Shown one piece after another: positions 16,701-28,838 of a stretch of DNA of 64,000 nucleotides. A program made the position numbers and the translations under genes. How positions within the stretch are numbered: the stretch's first letter is position 1; each line of letters begins with the position of its first letter. This DNA comes from Balanoglossus misakiensis. Taxonomy: Eukaryota > Animalia > Hemichordata. The stretch covers positions 368,922-432,921 of the forward strand of contig CM082579.2 of NCBI GenBank assembly GCA_040954595.2, in the 5' to 3' direction. The notes beneath the pieces were generated by a model that made no database searches, had not been told where the DNA came from, and saw only the letters and a program-made list of their open reading frames with translations.

Positions 16701-19700
16701 ATGACTGGGGTAGAAAATACACTCTAAAATTATACAGCTTGCCATACATGTAGCATTTCATCTCAATTGGAAATAAATTGGAAGATTTGTTTGATTTGGC
16801 AAATCCAATGCATTGTGTAGTATTGTAATCAAAATATAGTCAAGTACATTCTCAGTGCAAAATACAATCACCAGGACATAAATCCACTGTCTCACATACA
16901 AGTATAACAACAATACCATAACCTGGATATTATGCTCAGAAAATACCAGTCTTTAAAAGTGTTCATAAGGGAAAAAAAATACAATGTTTTCTATTATGTA
17001 GAAAATTGTTAAAATCCTGTTAAATTATGATAAACTCTGTTAGTTTGTCTTATCAGTCTACGTCATGATGGTGAAAAGATATTCCACAAAAATCAATTTA
17101 TGGAACCAAAATTCCAGGATATCAGCCAAGCCAACTATACACAACTGCTCTTTTACCAATGTGGTATACAGATTTTGGCATATTCCATACATATCATTCT
17201 TTTAGTCTTTGTATAGCTAGCTCTCACTAACTGTCTCTCAATTATAATAGCAACCACAGTTAGATATTCATGCACACACATCTCACGAGATGCTGTAAGC
17301 TCGGTACATGGAAACTACCCATTGATACCGGGAATTCCAACTGATGTACTGTGAGCTTGGTAAGAACAGACACATGATGTACACACACCAGTAACAGATC
17401 ACAACAGCCATTTCAATCTACCTGTTGTTGTTGTTCCTTCTTCTGCTGTTGTGCCTTCAGCGTCTGGGTATCTTTCACCTGTGGTTCTTCATTATCTTCA
17501 TCGCTGTCTTCAAGTGCATATTTTGAGAAGTGTGGCACCTGAACATCACAAACAAAATAAATTTATTTGAAATTTTCTACCTATTGTTTCACAAAGAAGT
17601 TTTACATCGTTCAGTCAAAACAGTTGCAAACACACATTCGCTCAATGGATTGAAATATCTCCCTCCCTCTCTTAATGACAACTGATTTTACACCACAAAA
17701 CTCCACTCACCAAGAACACCCAAGATCCAGTTTCTGCTCTGTACTCTTTGAACTTTGCACCCAGTTTGGCTGTTGCTATTTCCAGCTTATTTGCATAGCC
17801 AATGGAGTCCAGTCGACTGGGGCTTTTGATTGGCCGGCGTGTTGTCTTATCATTAGGCCAGGTGCAGTCTAATGTCACCTCTGCTTTCTTGTTGAGACCT
17901 GAACCAACCAGTGGCTTGTTGCTCTCATCTGGGTATAGTGTGATCTCCTTGCGACGAATATGTACTGTGATGCAGACATGAACACTGGGATTAGAATCAA
18001 CACAGGAAGAGGACACACAACAATGACGATGGACATTACAAAGAGACAGAAAAGGATACTTACCAATTTCATCCAGATTTAAGTTGGACACATTAGTAAG
18101 CCCAGGGAAGAAGACACTCCCGTACCCTTCCCTTCCAACTGTGAAATCTTCCACAATACAATCTCCATTCTCATCAACTATGTCAGCCAGCTCATCCATG
18201 GATGGTATTGTGTAGTATCCAGACCTGCGTAGAACAATCCCAGCAGGATGTGGTTCTGCATCGTAGTCTTCATCTCCATCGATGCTAGGTTGTGTCTCCA
18301 CGGTTTCATTGAGACTCACATCTTCATCACTTGGTTTCTGTGGTGACTTCTGCTCATTTCTGACATTCAAAGCTGAGATGGTACAGTCTAAATCATTCGG
18401 ACCCCTGTAAAACAATCAACAAATTCAGTAACTCCAAGTGGATGTAGATGGCTCTATAAAATGTCAGGCTTACTGTATAAAAAAACGTCAATACTTGTTT
18501 CCATCCAGAATACACATTTATTGACTTACTTTGATGGACTTTGACCATGTCTGCTTCCTTTGATGAAATCTCCTGGTGTTTCTAAATTGTCTGCCTCAAC
18601 TGACACACTTGGAGTTTCACTACTGTGCAAAAAACATGTAATTTAGAATTATTTCAATGAAACAAGCCATCATCACGATCGTCGTCGTCATTGTCATCAT
18701 CATCAGAACAAATTAACTAACAATTAGCTGTCCACATTGGCATGATGTACACGTATGACAATTGTGTTCTGTCTTTGAAAATCCAAGCATGCACATCTAA
18801 CTTTGCCGTACCTTTCCCTGTCAGTTTCCACTGGGGGTACCTCCGGATAGATAGACTGTGGAGCAACAAGATCATCATCACTTGATCTCCGTGGCGATAT
18901 CCTCTGAGGAGATTTGTTCTTGATGATAAGTTTTTTGATATTTTTCCTTGGAATGAAGACATCAGCACTGAGTGCAGTATCTTCATCATCAAGGCCATCA
19001 AAAAGCTGTTGCTGTTGCAAAAAAAAAGACAAAAAATATTAACAACGAAAAACTACAACAAGCATCCCCAGTCTCCTTCACTTTCTTTTAATCCTAAGTT
19101 ATGCTTTGTACACGGAAAGTTTTCATATCAGACATTACCTATTTTTTACAAATTTCACTTACCTTTCCAGCAATGGAATAGAGAGGTTTAGGTTTGACCT
19201 TTGAACTTGGCCTGATTGAGACTTTATAATGAGATGGCGTTGTCAATGCTTTCTGTGCAGCAGCACTGGTTGGGTTCAACAATTCTTCTTTCTTGGACGA
19301 GTCCTAGAAGTGTAAAGGAGATTTCAAAAGAACGAACATCAATACAGTTCTCATTTCTTTCTATTTGACTTTACCCCCTGATACTTTCTATAACACCAAT
19401 TGTAGACATTACCTGGTGAGTGTTCCTGAAGAGAGGAGAATCTCCGAATGGTGAACTTGCCAAAGCCAAGATCTGTTGCTGCGCCTGGGCTTGTTGTGCG
19501 GCTGCTACATTGGGGTCTCTGAAAATTGACACAGAAAGATGGAAATGAGGAATTATAGCTGTTAGCATCGAAAGATAAAGTTTGACAAAATAAAATATTA
19601 AAGTAAAAGTGTTCTACTTACGTTCCAAGATTTGTTGTAGTCGTACCACCAAGAGTGCCAAGACCAGTTCCAGTTGTTAGACCTGTCCCTAATCCACCTT

Positions 19701-22700
19701 CACGGATGAACGGGGAAAATTCAGACAGAACGTTAAATTCATTTCTTATTGGGGTGGCTCACATTTTTGCATTTCAAGCACATTTTATTGTAAAATCATA
19801 AGAGGAATTTAAAGACATCACCTCATTCCACTAACCTGAGGTGAATGTTCCCAGTCCAGTGCTTGGCTTTGCACCAGTACTGCCAAACAAACCAGTTGTA
19901 CCAGTTCCCAATCCAGTGGTAAGACCAGTGCCAAGACCACCAGTTCCTAAACCAGTGGTTGCACCAAAACCAGTAGTTGGTTTGCTACCAAATAAACCAC
20001 CGCCTTGAGTTGCTGTTCCAAAACCAGTACCTGAGCAGATATTAATCAACAGCAATCAGATTTAGTTGTGCTCTTAAGATCACTAACTCACTGCATACTT
20101 TTTACATATTTATACATGAGAATTAAAAAAAAACATGTAAAGAAGTGAGAAGTTTCACAAATGACTTATGACTTCTCTTCCTTAATTTTCAAATGTAAGA
20201 GAATGCAGGAAAAGGTATCATCTATCAGTTTTTTTCACACACTGACAGCAGATTTCTTCCACACAGACGAAAACTTACCAAGGCCAGTATTTCCTCCCAG
20301 ACTGAGACCACCTGGTTTATTGGCATTTCCACCAAACAATCCACCAGCACTGGTGCCACCAAATGTCAAACCAGCACTAGAGGTTGGTGTACCAAATGCT
20401 GGCTTGTTATTGAATAGTCCACCCTGCAATAAAGGCCAAATGTAAGTTAAATTTCTATTGTTTATTACACAGACTTGTGCAGCGTGAAGTGTCTACATGA
20501 GCTTGGTAGATATACATGTCGTCTGCAATGGGTGTGAATTTTTTGTTCAAATTCACATAATCCTATATATTTTATTTTTTACTTACTGTTTGTTGCTGTT
20601 GCTGTTGACCAAAACCCGTGGTCTGCCCAAACAAACCGCCTGTGGTGGCACCAAAACCAGATGTACTGGTGGCTGGGGTGGCTCCAAATAAACCTCCACT
20701 TGAAGCTTGTGATGTGGGTTGGCCAAACAAACTCTGAAATGCAGAGAAACACAAATTCATCATTTATCAACACTATCTTACCCATCAAAAGCCAAAGATT
20801 GTTTTGTGGTACATGTATACTATCCCACTGATACTGCCAGTACTAACCTGAGTCTGTCCAAAACCGGTCGTGGCTGTTGACTGACCGAATAATGATGTAC
20901 CAGTAGTGCCAGTTCCAAAAGTTGAGGGTTTATTTCCAAACAGTCCACCTGTCTGTTGTTGTTGCTGTTGCTGCTGCTGTTGTTGTTGTTGTTGTTGTTG
21001 AGTCTGTTGTGGATTTGCCTGTCCAAAGAGACCAGTGCCTCCACTAGATTGGCCAAATGTTGTACCTGTGATAAAATAATACATGTTACAATTCTGACTG
21101 CAGGACAATTAATAAACTAAAATGTCTTTACAAGCCAGAACAAATGAGAGTGTCATTTCACTTACTTGTTCCAAATGGTTTAGTTTGTCCAAAGAGACCA
21201 GTGGTTTGACTCGTCTGACCAAACAAACCACCAGTTTTACTGGTATCCGTCTGTGTCAGACCACCGGCTCCTAAAAGGCCAGCACCAGTACCCGGACCTT
21301 TACGGTTTGCAGTGTAGTCTTCCAGCCTTAGTTCCTGTAACACCACAAGAAAAGATCAATACTTTGAACATTCTAAGAAGGCATCTGATATTTCAAATAT
21401 TTTCTATGGTTCTAAGCAAATCATACGTACACTAGGAAGGTAAGTGTGAAAGGAAAATGGACAGCAATGAGGCTTACTGGCAGCCATACTGGATTATATT
21501 ATAAAATAAACTGTCATATTGTTAGCACTCAGAAAATCTTACTTCTAAGCTTTTAACTTCATATTCCTTCATTGCTGTGATACACTGGTGTCTAGTACTT
21601 ATGCTGCTTGACACTCCAGCTTTCAACATTGTATCTGTCCCAGGTTGAGCCTGAAATTCAAAAGCAAAAATATGACTGCTTAGGTACAATGGGGAAGGGT
21701 GATGAGATGTCAACACTAGTGTGAATCATGGTGTGGTGTGTGTGTGCCTGTGTGCATTTTTAATGAGAAATCCAACACTAGCCAATGATATATTGTTGAT
21801 CACAAACAAACTTGATTACATATGTACAAAATCTGACATGAAAGTAGACGACTCACATTAAATTTGATAGTTGTGCCCTGAGGAGCATTTGCAGGGAAAC
21901 CAGTAGCGCCACCAAAGAGCCCGGTTGTAGCACTGCCTGGCTGTCCAAAAGGAGTTGTTGATGTGGTTGATGTTTGACCAAACAAACCACCAGCTGATGT
22001 ACCTTGAGCAAAAAGAAAATATATATCGTTAATCTTTTCCCCCTTCTTGTCAATTTTGACAGATTCGCTTGAGCACGAATGTAGTCAACAAACTACAAAA
22101 TTTCCAAGAGACGGGCAAGATGCAGGGAGAGAAAGGGAGAAACGCTTACCTCCAAAATTGGTGCCAAAGGCTGAAGAAGTACCTTGAGATGGAGTTGCAA
22201 AGAGGCTGCTTGTACCAGTGGCTCCTGTAGAACCAAACAGTCCACCACCACCACCTGCCGTGCTTGTCTGTGTACCAAAGTTGAAACCAGTTGAACCTGG
22301 GAAAATGTTTAGAATACAAAAAAATTATTAGTCTTAAAAACTCCATTCTCTCTGTAAGGTAAGGGAAGCACAGAAATCTATTCAAATAAAGTGGCATGGT
22401 TAATGTGTGTGCTGTAGACATTTTGATATAAAGAAATACATACTGATAAAACAGTTAATATTTTGCTGTATAAAGTGTTTAGTGTTAGTACGACTTTCAT
22501 TCAACTCAGTCCTGGCAGATTGCTAAAAAGCTGACCCGTTTACAGCTTTCCTTTATTGCCTTACTTGCTTGTGTTGGTTTGCTTCCAAAAGCACTACCTG
22601 TATTGCTAAACAGGCTTCCTGATGCCGCTGATGTTGTTGTTGTGGACGTGCCAAACAAACTTGCTGCTGGTGTCTGGGCGCCAAATGCATTGGGCGTTCC

Positions 22701-23275
22701 AAAGCTACTGGTAGCTGCCGGTGTCTTGCTTCCAAAAAGACTTGTACCACCAGCTGTGATGGAAAAGGGATTTAAATGTCATCTTATTAAAAACCCACAT
22801 TTGTGGCACTGATTTCCAATGAAGTAGAGGGATCAAAAACAACTTGCTCATTTTGTCATTTACAGTGGGGCAGGCTTGTCTAGAAATTACTGCTACAAGG
22901 ACTTACATAAAACTGCAAAGCAAACCATAAGACAATCTCAGGCGACTCATGTTAGTTGCAACAAAAAAATACAAAGGTAAAAAAAGATTAATTTGAGAAA
23001 AAAATATCATCAAAGTCCTTACTCTGTCCAAAAGGAGTTGAAGTCCCTGTAGCAAATCCACCTGAAAGTTATTAATTGTAAATGTGGTGAGGTTTGAAAC
23101 TAAATAGAAAACGCTTGGGAAAGATGGTAACAGCTAACTTTCATTTCAGATATTACATCAATATAATTGTCAAAACATCCCTAAATGTCTTGCACTGACT
23201 AGGTAACTTTACATTCTCCATACCTGTTCCTCCAAATGCACCCCCAAAGGGGGTTTTCTGTTGTTGCCCAAACAT
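10774..23275 (-). CDS. NUP98: Nuclear pore complex protein Nup98-Nup96 precursor
   Basis: 35 coding exons, 5' to 3': 23224-23275, 23023-23061, 22565-22753, 22150-22296, 21857-22002, 21543-21650, 21166-21334, 20848-21065, 20587-20733, 20279-20423, 19836-20030, 19622-19697, 19413-19518, 19163-19303, 18812-19011, 18530-18622, 18064-18404, 17711-17964, 17422-17538, 16190-16322, 15844-15990, 15395-15466, 14766-15218, 14475-14614, 14013-14253, 13729-13838, 13375-13551, 13113-13249, 12877-12940, 12500-12723, 12161-12316, 11843-11972, 11509-11632, 11119-11423, 10774-10920. Features: GLFG/FG repeats, GLEBS motif (GTTIKF...[23 protein letters not shown]), autoproteolytic domain ([11 protein letters not shown]...GSWVF) and the Nup96 C-terminus [15 protein letters not shown]. 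Confidence 0.96.
17524..17532 (-). other. Nup98/Nup96 autoproteolytic cleavage motif HF|S
   Basis: Exon 17422-17538 begins [14 protein letters not shown], the conserved HF/SKY self-cleavage site. Confidence 0.92.
20953..21000 (-). repeat. Coding CAA/CAG repeat (16 Gln) in the NUP98 FG domain
   Basis: 48 nt of CAA/CAG codons inside exon 20848-21065. Confidence 0.9.
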
Positions 23276-24369
23276 CTTCTCTTTCAATCGACTTATCGAA
23301 TATCAATTGAACTCTGCAAGAAAGAGGAAAAATATATATAACACTAGAAAGTGCTATAGGGAAGGTGTTGTGCTATACAGGGGTTCCCAAATCACTAACC
23401 AATGTTCGCCAATCTTAACAAAAGCACTGATGAATATAGCCCTGTGTACAGGACTGTATGTTCCCGGCAGGAACACACAGACATGTACGCAGGGCTGTGA
23501 TGGATAAGGCATTGGTATTTTGTCCGAAAAATTGTGACGAGGAAGTAATGCCTTTGGTGTCAAGAAACTGCATTACAATGTCGAAACCTACCCTTTCCAA
23601 ACCAGAAGAATAATGTTCAACTAGTGCATATGCTTAGCAGTGTCCAATACTACGTTCAGAACAGAAACCAAATACATTTCCAACAACGGTACACTAGTCT
23701 AGTACATTTCAAATGTCCAACCATAGGGGGCCACTTGCTGGTCCCGAGCTGGTCCAACCACTCTCGGGAAATAGACAGGTCGGAATACTACCCTAGTTTC
23801 ACAACAAGCTGGTTGTGAACTAACACCAACGAAGAAAAGTCCAAAGTCGATCAGTCGACCGTCCAGGACGTTGAAGGATAAACAATCGAAACTTTGATGA
23901 GTCCATGGCGGGATCGCATGGGCCATAAGTATGGACAGTTACCTACGATCTGAAGGAAAATTGCTGAAACGCTCTTTGCACGAACGTTTACTGGTCGTGT
24001 TCAATTTATTATATCGTTCACTTTAAGCAAGAGCATTTATATACCACTCACCATTAGATCATAGGATATTTCGGGCAAAAACCTTTAACAAAACCAGACT
24101 TCGCCACTCCGAGCTCGATATGGCTGGTTTTAGCGACCACCTAACGTAGTTATTATTCGCTTGAATGTCAAACATTAAACATGATTGGTCTTATAAAAAC
24201 AATTAATATGCTTACAAAGATTTTGAAATTCTTTCAAATGTTCAAAATTTCGAAATTGTTACAAGTATTTGTACATAAGACAACTAACATATCCGGAATA
24301 ACATGCAGGAAATTGACAGGCGGTATACTTGCTTGCATTCTGAGGGGTATTGGAGTGCTATACGCACTA

Positions 24370-24447
24370 GTCTCGGTTACCCAGACCCCCCTGCTTCTTC
24401 CGTTGGGCACTCCACGGAAGAAGCAGGGGGGTCTGGGTAACCGAGAC
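24370..24447. repeat. Perfect 34-bp inverted repeat with a 10-nt loop (palindromic MITE-like hairpin)
   Basis: GTCTCGGTTACCCAGACCCCCCTGCTTCTTCCGT (24370-24403) and its exact reverse complement (24414-24447). Confidence 0.9.
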
Positions 24448-25087
24448 ATGTACATCAGCAAGCAATGCGCGCGAGGGCGCTCTGGAAGGAGACTAATCTG
24501 GTGTCGATGTCGGTGCAGTCGTGCAAGACATCAATCTGATTAAACTCAGATGTAGGGAACGCAGATTGGCAAGTAAATAGAATATTCAAAAGAATAAATG
24601 ACGGAAATACTGATCGAATACAAGAACTCAAGAAGAATACGGACAGACAAAATCGTTTTATATATATTACATTTAATTACTAATATATTGCAGAATATGC
24701 TTCAACACCATACAGAAAACCCTGACAAATACAAATTCGCATTATTCTATTATTTTACCATTTATAAGGCCTACGTGACGAAATTCACTTTGTTGTTGCG
24801 ATCACCTCAAACGAAAACTTCCTAGTGTAAACACGAAACTGTTTCCTGCGACTTGTGGGATGGTAGAGAAAATACTGTTGGACAATAAGCCTACTTGTAA
24901 TGTGACCGAATTGCATATTTATTACAGAAAGACTTTTGTTACCATAGTAACAACCGTGGTAGCTTGTTTTTAAATGTCCTGGAAATTGCATTAATTATCC
25001 CAAAACAAAACCAAATGTAAGTTTTATTCAGTACGTATGACTGTCGATCAATTACTAATCCATTTATCATTTCTTTGGCGCTGCATG

Positions 25088-27564
25088 CTATGTTGTACTC
25101 GTGCTCCGAGCACCAGCGTCCCATAGTACATCCTCGTCGAAGGCTTTATAATTGACACTTCGATTATTTTTGCCTTCAAGCTCCTCCATTGGGTTCAGAT
25201 ATCCGGTTTCTTGGAAAGTATCCTCCGATCTCGATTCACTCATAACCGTTTCGTCGAGAACATTGTAATTTCCTTCCAGCGCATACAGTCTGTGCCTTTG
25301 AATAACACAATATATGGCTATTCCTACTGCTACACAGATAACGATGATTGACGCTATTATCGTTGGAACTGTGAAATAATGTTCTCTGGGTACATTGTAT
25401 ACTTTCTCAGGTCGTGCTGTTGACGAATTCCACACTCCAGTTTTCTTATCACTCTCCTCTGTGACGGCAGAAACATCTCTCTCGTTTGCGTTGAAGTTTA
25501 TTTCTGCAGGAAACGAAAATCACCCATAATTGAAAGAATCCATTTATTCCCCAAGGGGAGAGGACAGGGATAGAAGTTCTTAACGCGTTACGTATACCTG
25601 TAAATAAACTGCCACCCGTTTTCAAACTAATATAATAACATGATCGTTCAACTTCATTTCAACATTCTTTATCAGTTGGAAATTGCTCTAACTAAAATGC
25701 CATTCACATAACAGCTGCATTACTTCCACAAATGTGCCTGAAATTTCGCAAACAAACTCGCGACGATTTCCCTAATATATGATTATCATATGACTTACCA
25801 GAATGACTTTTTCGTTTCAAAAATGTGGGATAATAAGATGGTTTTCTCGCTGGCATGCACTGTAAATGTCCGGGCAATCCTTGTTGGGCACACTGAGGTA
25901 TTCGTCGTGGCAAGTGGTCCTGGAATTCTCCAAAACACGATGTACACAACTCGCATTCATTGGTATCGTCGTTTAAGAAGTAACCTGTGTCGCAATGAAA
26001 AGAACATTAATCTTTACGATTGACCACAGCTGAACATAAAATGCCAAAAAATTAAATCATAGAATGATCATCTTTTTCTGCATAAGCAATTTGCACTATG
26101 CTGAAAGTTCAGCTAAGTAACAAAGTGATGCATACCTGGTTCACAACGTTTAGTACATTTTGTGTCCTTTACATTTGTACAATTTTTCTTCGTTTCGAAA
26201 TGTGGCGAGCAAAGACTACACGGACGACATGTCTCAATTCTACTCCACCGTGATGAGTAAGTGCCAACTGGACAAATCTGACACTCGGTGTCATGGTGTT
26301 CATCGCAGTGCCTTGATACACCGGTTCCCGGTGGACATTTACTACATGGCAGACATGTTGGCTTTTCATCCACTGTTGTTTGGTACTTGGGGCTGCCACC
26401 ACCACATTTGGTGTCACATAACTGTCAATGGAGAACATAGAAACAATGTGATGATGATGATTGAGGTATAACACACAGTCAGTGTGAATTGACCGTATGT
26501 ATACTACTCGTGTATACCTATAGGGACCCCAACGTCCACTATGTTTCTCTATCTTATTCATCCCCTTACGGACTCATTTCCGATTGCCTGAATCATGAGG
26601 TGTCCATAAACAGACGTGCTTAGAATATTTGCGAAATTGATGTTGTATCGCATAAGAAGCGTTTGATTTGTAATTCTTAACATGGTGTACGACCAGTGCC
26701 TATCAGGAATGATATCTTTGCTATGCTACACGTATTTATTGGGCTGGGAATTCCCTAACTCAAAAAACCCTTATGTCAGACTCACGAAGAATGAATTGCA
26801 CTGTTTGTTTAACAAGACAATCTGACAAATTAGTTAAGCAATTTATCACAGCTTTATATCTTTGACTTCATTTGCCTAGCTATGATAAAATGCTCAAAAG
26901 ATAGTCTGTTTTCTCCGCCTGGTACTAAAATCGAAAGTACGAGGAACAATCGATAAATCAATATCACAGATCACGTCTTAGCGTTGTGTGTCATGGCAGC
27001 TTGATACATTGTAATGTCATGTTATGTATTGTATTCAAATTATAGTGTTTCATCATTGATAATAATTCAGGCACAAGCGTTATAAGAATACAAATTGCTG
27101 TAGCATATCAAACAAACAAACATCACATCAGATAACGTGCGGTGACTTCTATCAACACAGACACGTCCCATTCAATTGTATTCGCTAATCGAACGCCATG
27201 TAAACTGATTGAAAAATGACAGCTCCCGTGCAACCTAATGACATTGAAACGGTGATCTTCCTGTGAAATGTGAACATATTTAGTCACTGATAATCTTCCC
27301 ATTAACAGCGTTATCGCGAGTGTCTGGTATGGTGTGCTATGGCCTCTCGAGGTCATAATCACCATTTAGCATGCGTGGAAGTATGGGGACTGTTCGGCCT
27401 ACCTGTGTTTACCTGGCCGTCAAACATCTGTGACCTATTGTCCTAAAAGAATGCGCAACACGACACACAACAAATGCGTTGAAATGTCTTACCGTCGAAC
27501 ACGACAAGCAAGCCAGGAGAACAGCGGTTGTGTAAAGTGCCTTCGACGCGGATAACCTCGACAT
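25088..27564 (-). CDS. TNF receptor superfamily member A, about 319 aa, no death domain
   Basis: Exons 27493-27564 (signal peptide MSRLSASKALYTTAVLLACLSCST), 26136-26421 (cysteine-rich domains, CLPCSKCPPGTGVSRHC...CQICPVGTYS), 25799-25984 and 25088-25503 (stalk, TM IIASIIVICVAVGIAIYCVI, about 70-aa tail). Total 960 nt in frame. Confidence 0.88.
26746..26755. promoter_or_regulatory. Perfect palindromic NF-kappaB motif in TNFR-A intron 1
   Basis: GGGAATTCCC matches GGGRNNYYCC; motif match only. Confidence 0.35.
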
Positions 27565-28838
27565 TATCGTCAGCACAGTTGTAAGCCAGAGTTCATTTCT
27601 CAGATTAGCAAGTCGATTTTAGACTGTGACGAAGTAGTTCTGTCACGTACGGAATGACCCGACCTGCTCGAGTGAGCAACTGGCTTGAACTGTTTGAACA
27701 ATGACTGTCTACGACACTTTGCATGTGAATTAGTCCTATATTAGCGTGCATGAATTAGTCTGTAGGGCCCTTAGTATACGAGTGTGCGTTTTGTAATAAA
27801 TATGTGCATACCCGCATTTATTTAACAAATAATAACAATGGTTAGTAGAATATATAATAACTTCTTTTCTTTCTTTTTGCGTGCTCAATTCGACGCTTGA
27901 TATATTGCCAGATACCTGACTTTTCTATAAATTTGCTTTAAGTTAATGTGTACATCAACAGTAGTTGAAGACATGTGTCATTTGCTAACGGTTGACTACC
28001 TGAAATAAAATAATTTATCCATAAGAATATGCACACGTGTACAAGTACTTAAAGAAGTATTTTTCCCAGTGTTCCTTTCCAGCTTGTACTTTTTGTGTAA
28101 CTTTACACGTTCAGTTTACTCCCTCCAAGTCATAAGTAGGCCTAATATCAGCCCCTCCAAATGTAATAAGGATAAACACTGATCAATGTAGGATGCAGGC
28201 CGAGCTCCCTACTTGTCGTGGTGCACTTTTTTCGAAAGGCCAACCAAGTGAAATCTGTGATTGGTTAGAGTTACATTTTCTATGGTAACTATGGTTAAAC
28301 TTCCAAGGGTGCCCGTATACGGCGTATATTAACCTCTGGCAGTCTGAGCTATTGTTCTCGGCGCAACGTACGTTGGAATGGTGCCAAATTCTGGCAAATG
28401 GAAAAGGTAGGCTACTGCATGTATATATTCCCGAAGCATTCTATTGTTTATATCACATTAATGAGGAACTTGAAGCATATACAGTATGATAATGTAAAAC
28501 GTTAAGTTGACAACTGATATTATACGTGTACATGTCCACTTGTGCAGTCATGACATGGTTTCTCTTTGCGGGTATCCAGGGTATGCTTTATATGCGCGAG
28601 AAAAACATTCAAGACAAATTCATATGTGTAAATACCAGTACGGCAGTAGGTTACTGCATACATACTGAGCCATTGGAAACATTTCGCCCTTTGTAACTAT
28701 GATCGCACTAGGGGCTTTAAATGGTCAAGATAAATTTATGTGTTGTCAAGCTCTGCTTGTTTCGTTCAGTTTGTTATTCAGGAGCCACATACGTCAAGGA
28801 GAATGGCACCATAAAAGTTGCGAAGATCAAATAAGAAA

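Noticed and set aside
19622-22753. Recurrent CCAAA(C/T/G/A)A motifs resembling a spaced repeat array
   Set aside because: They are reverse-complement FG codons of NUP98 exons, not a CRISPR-like array.
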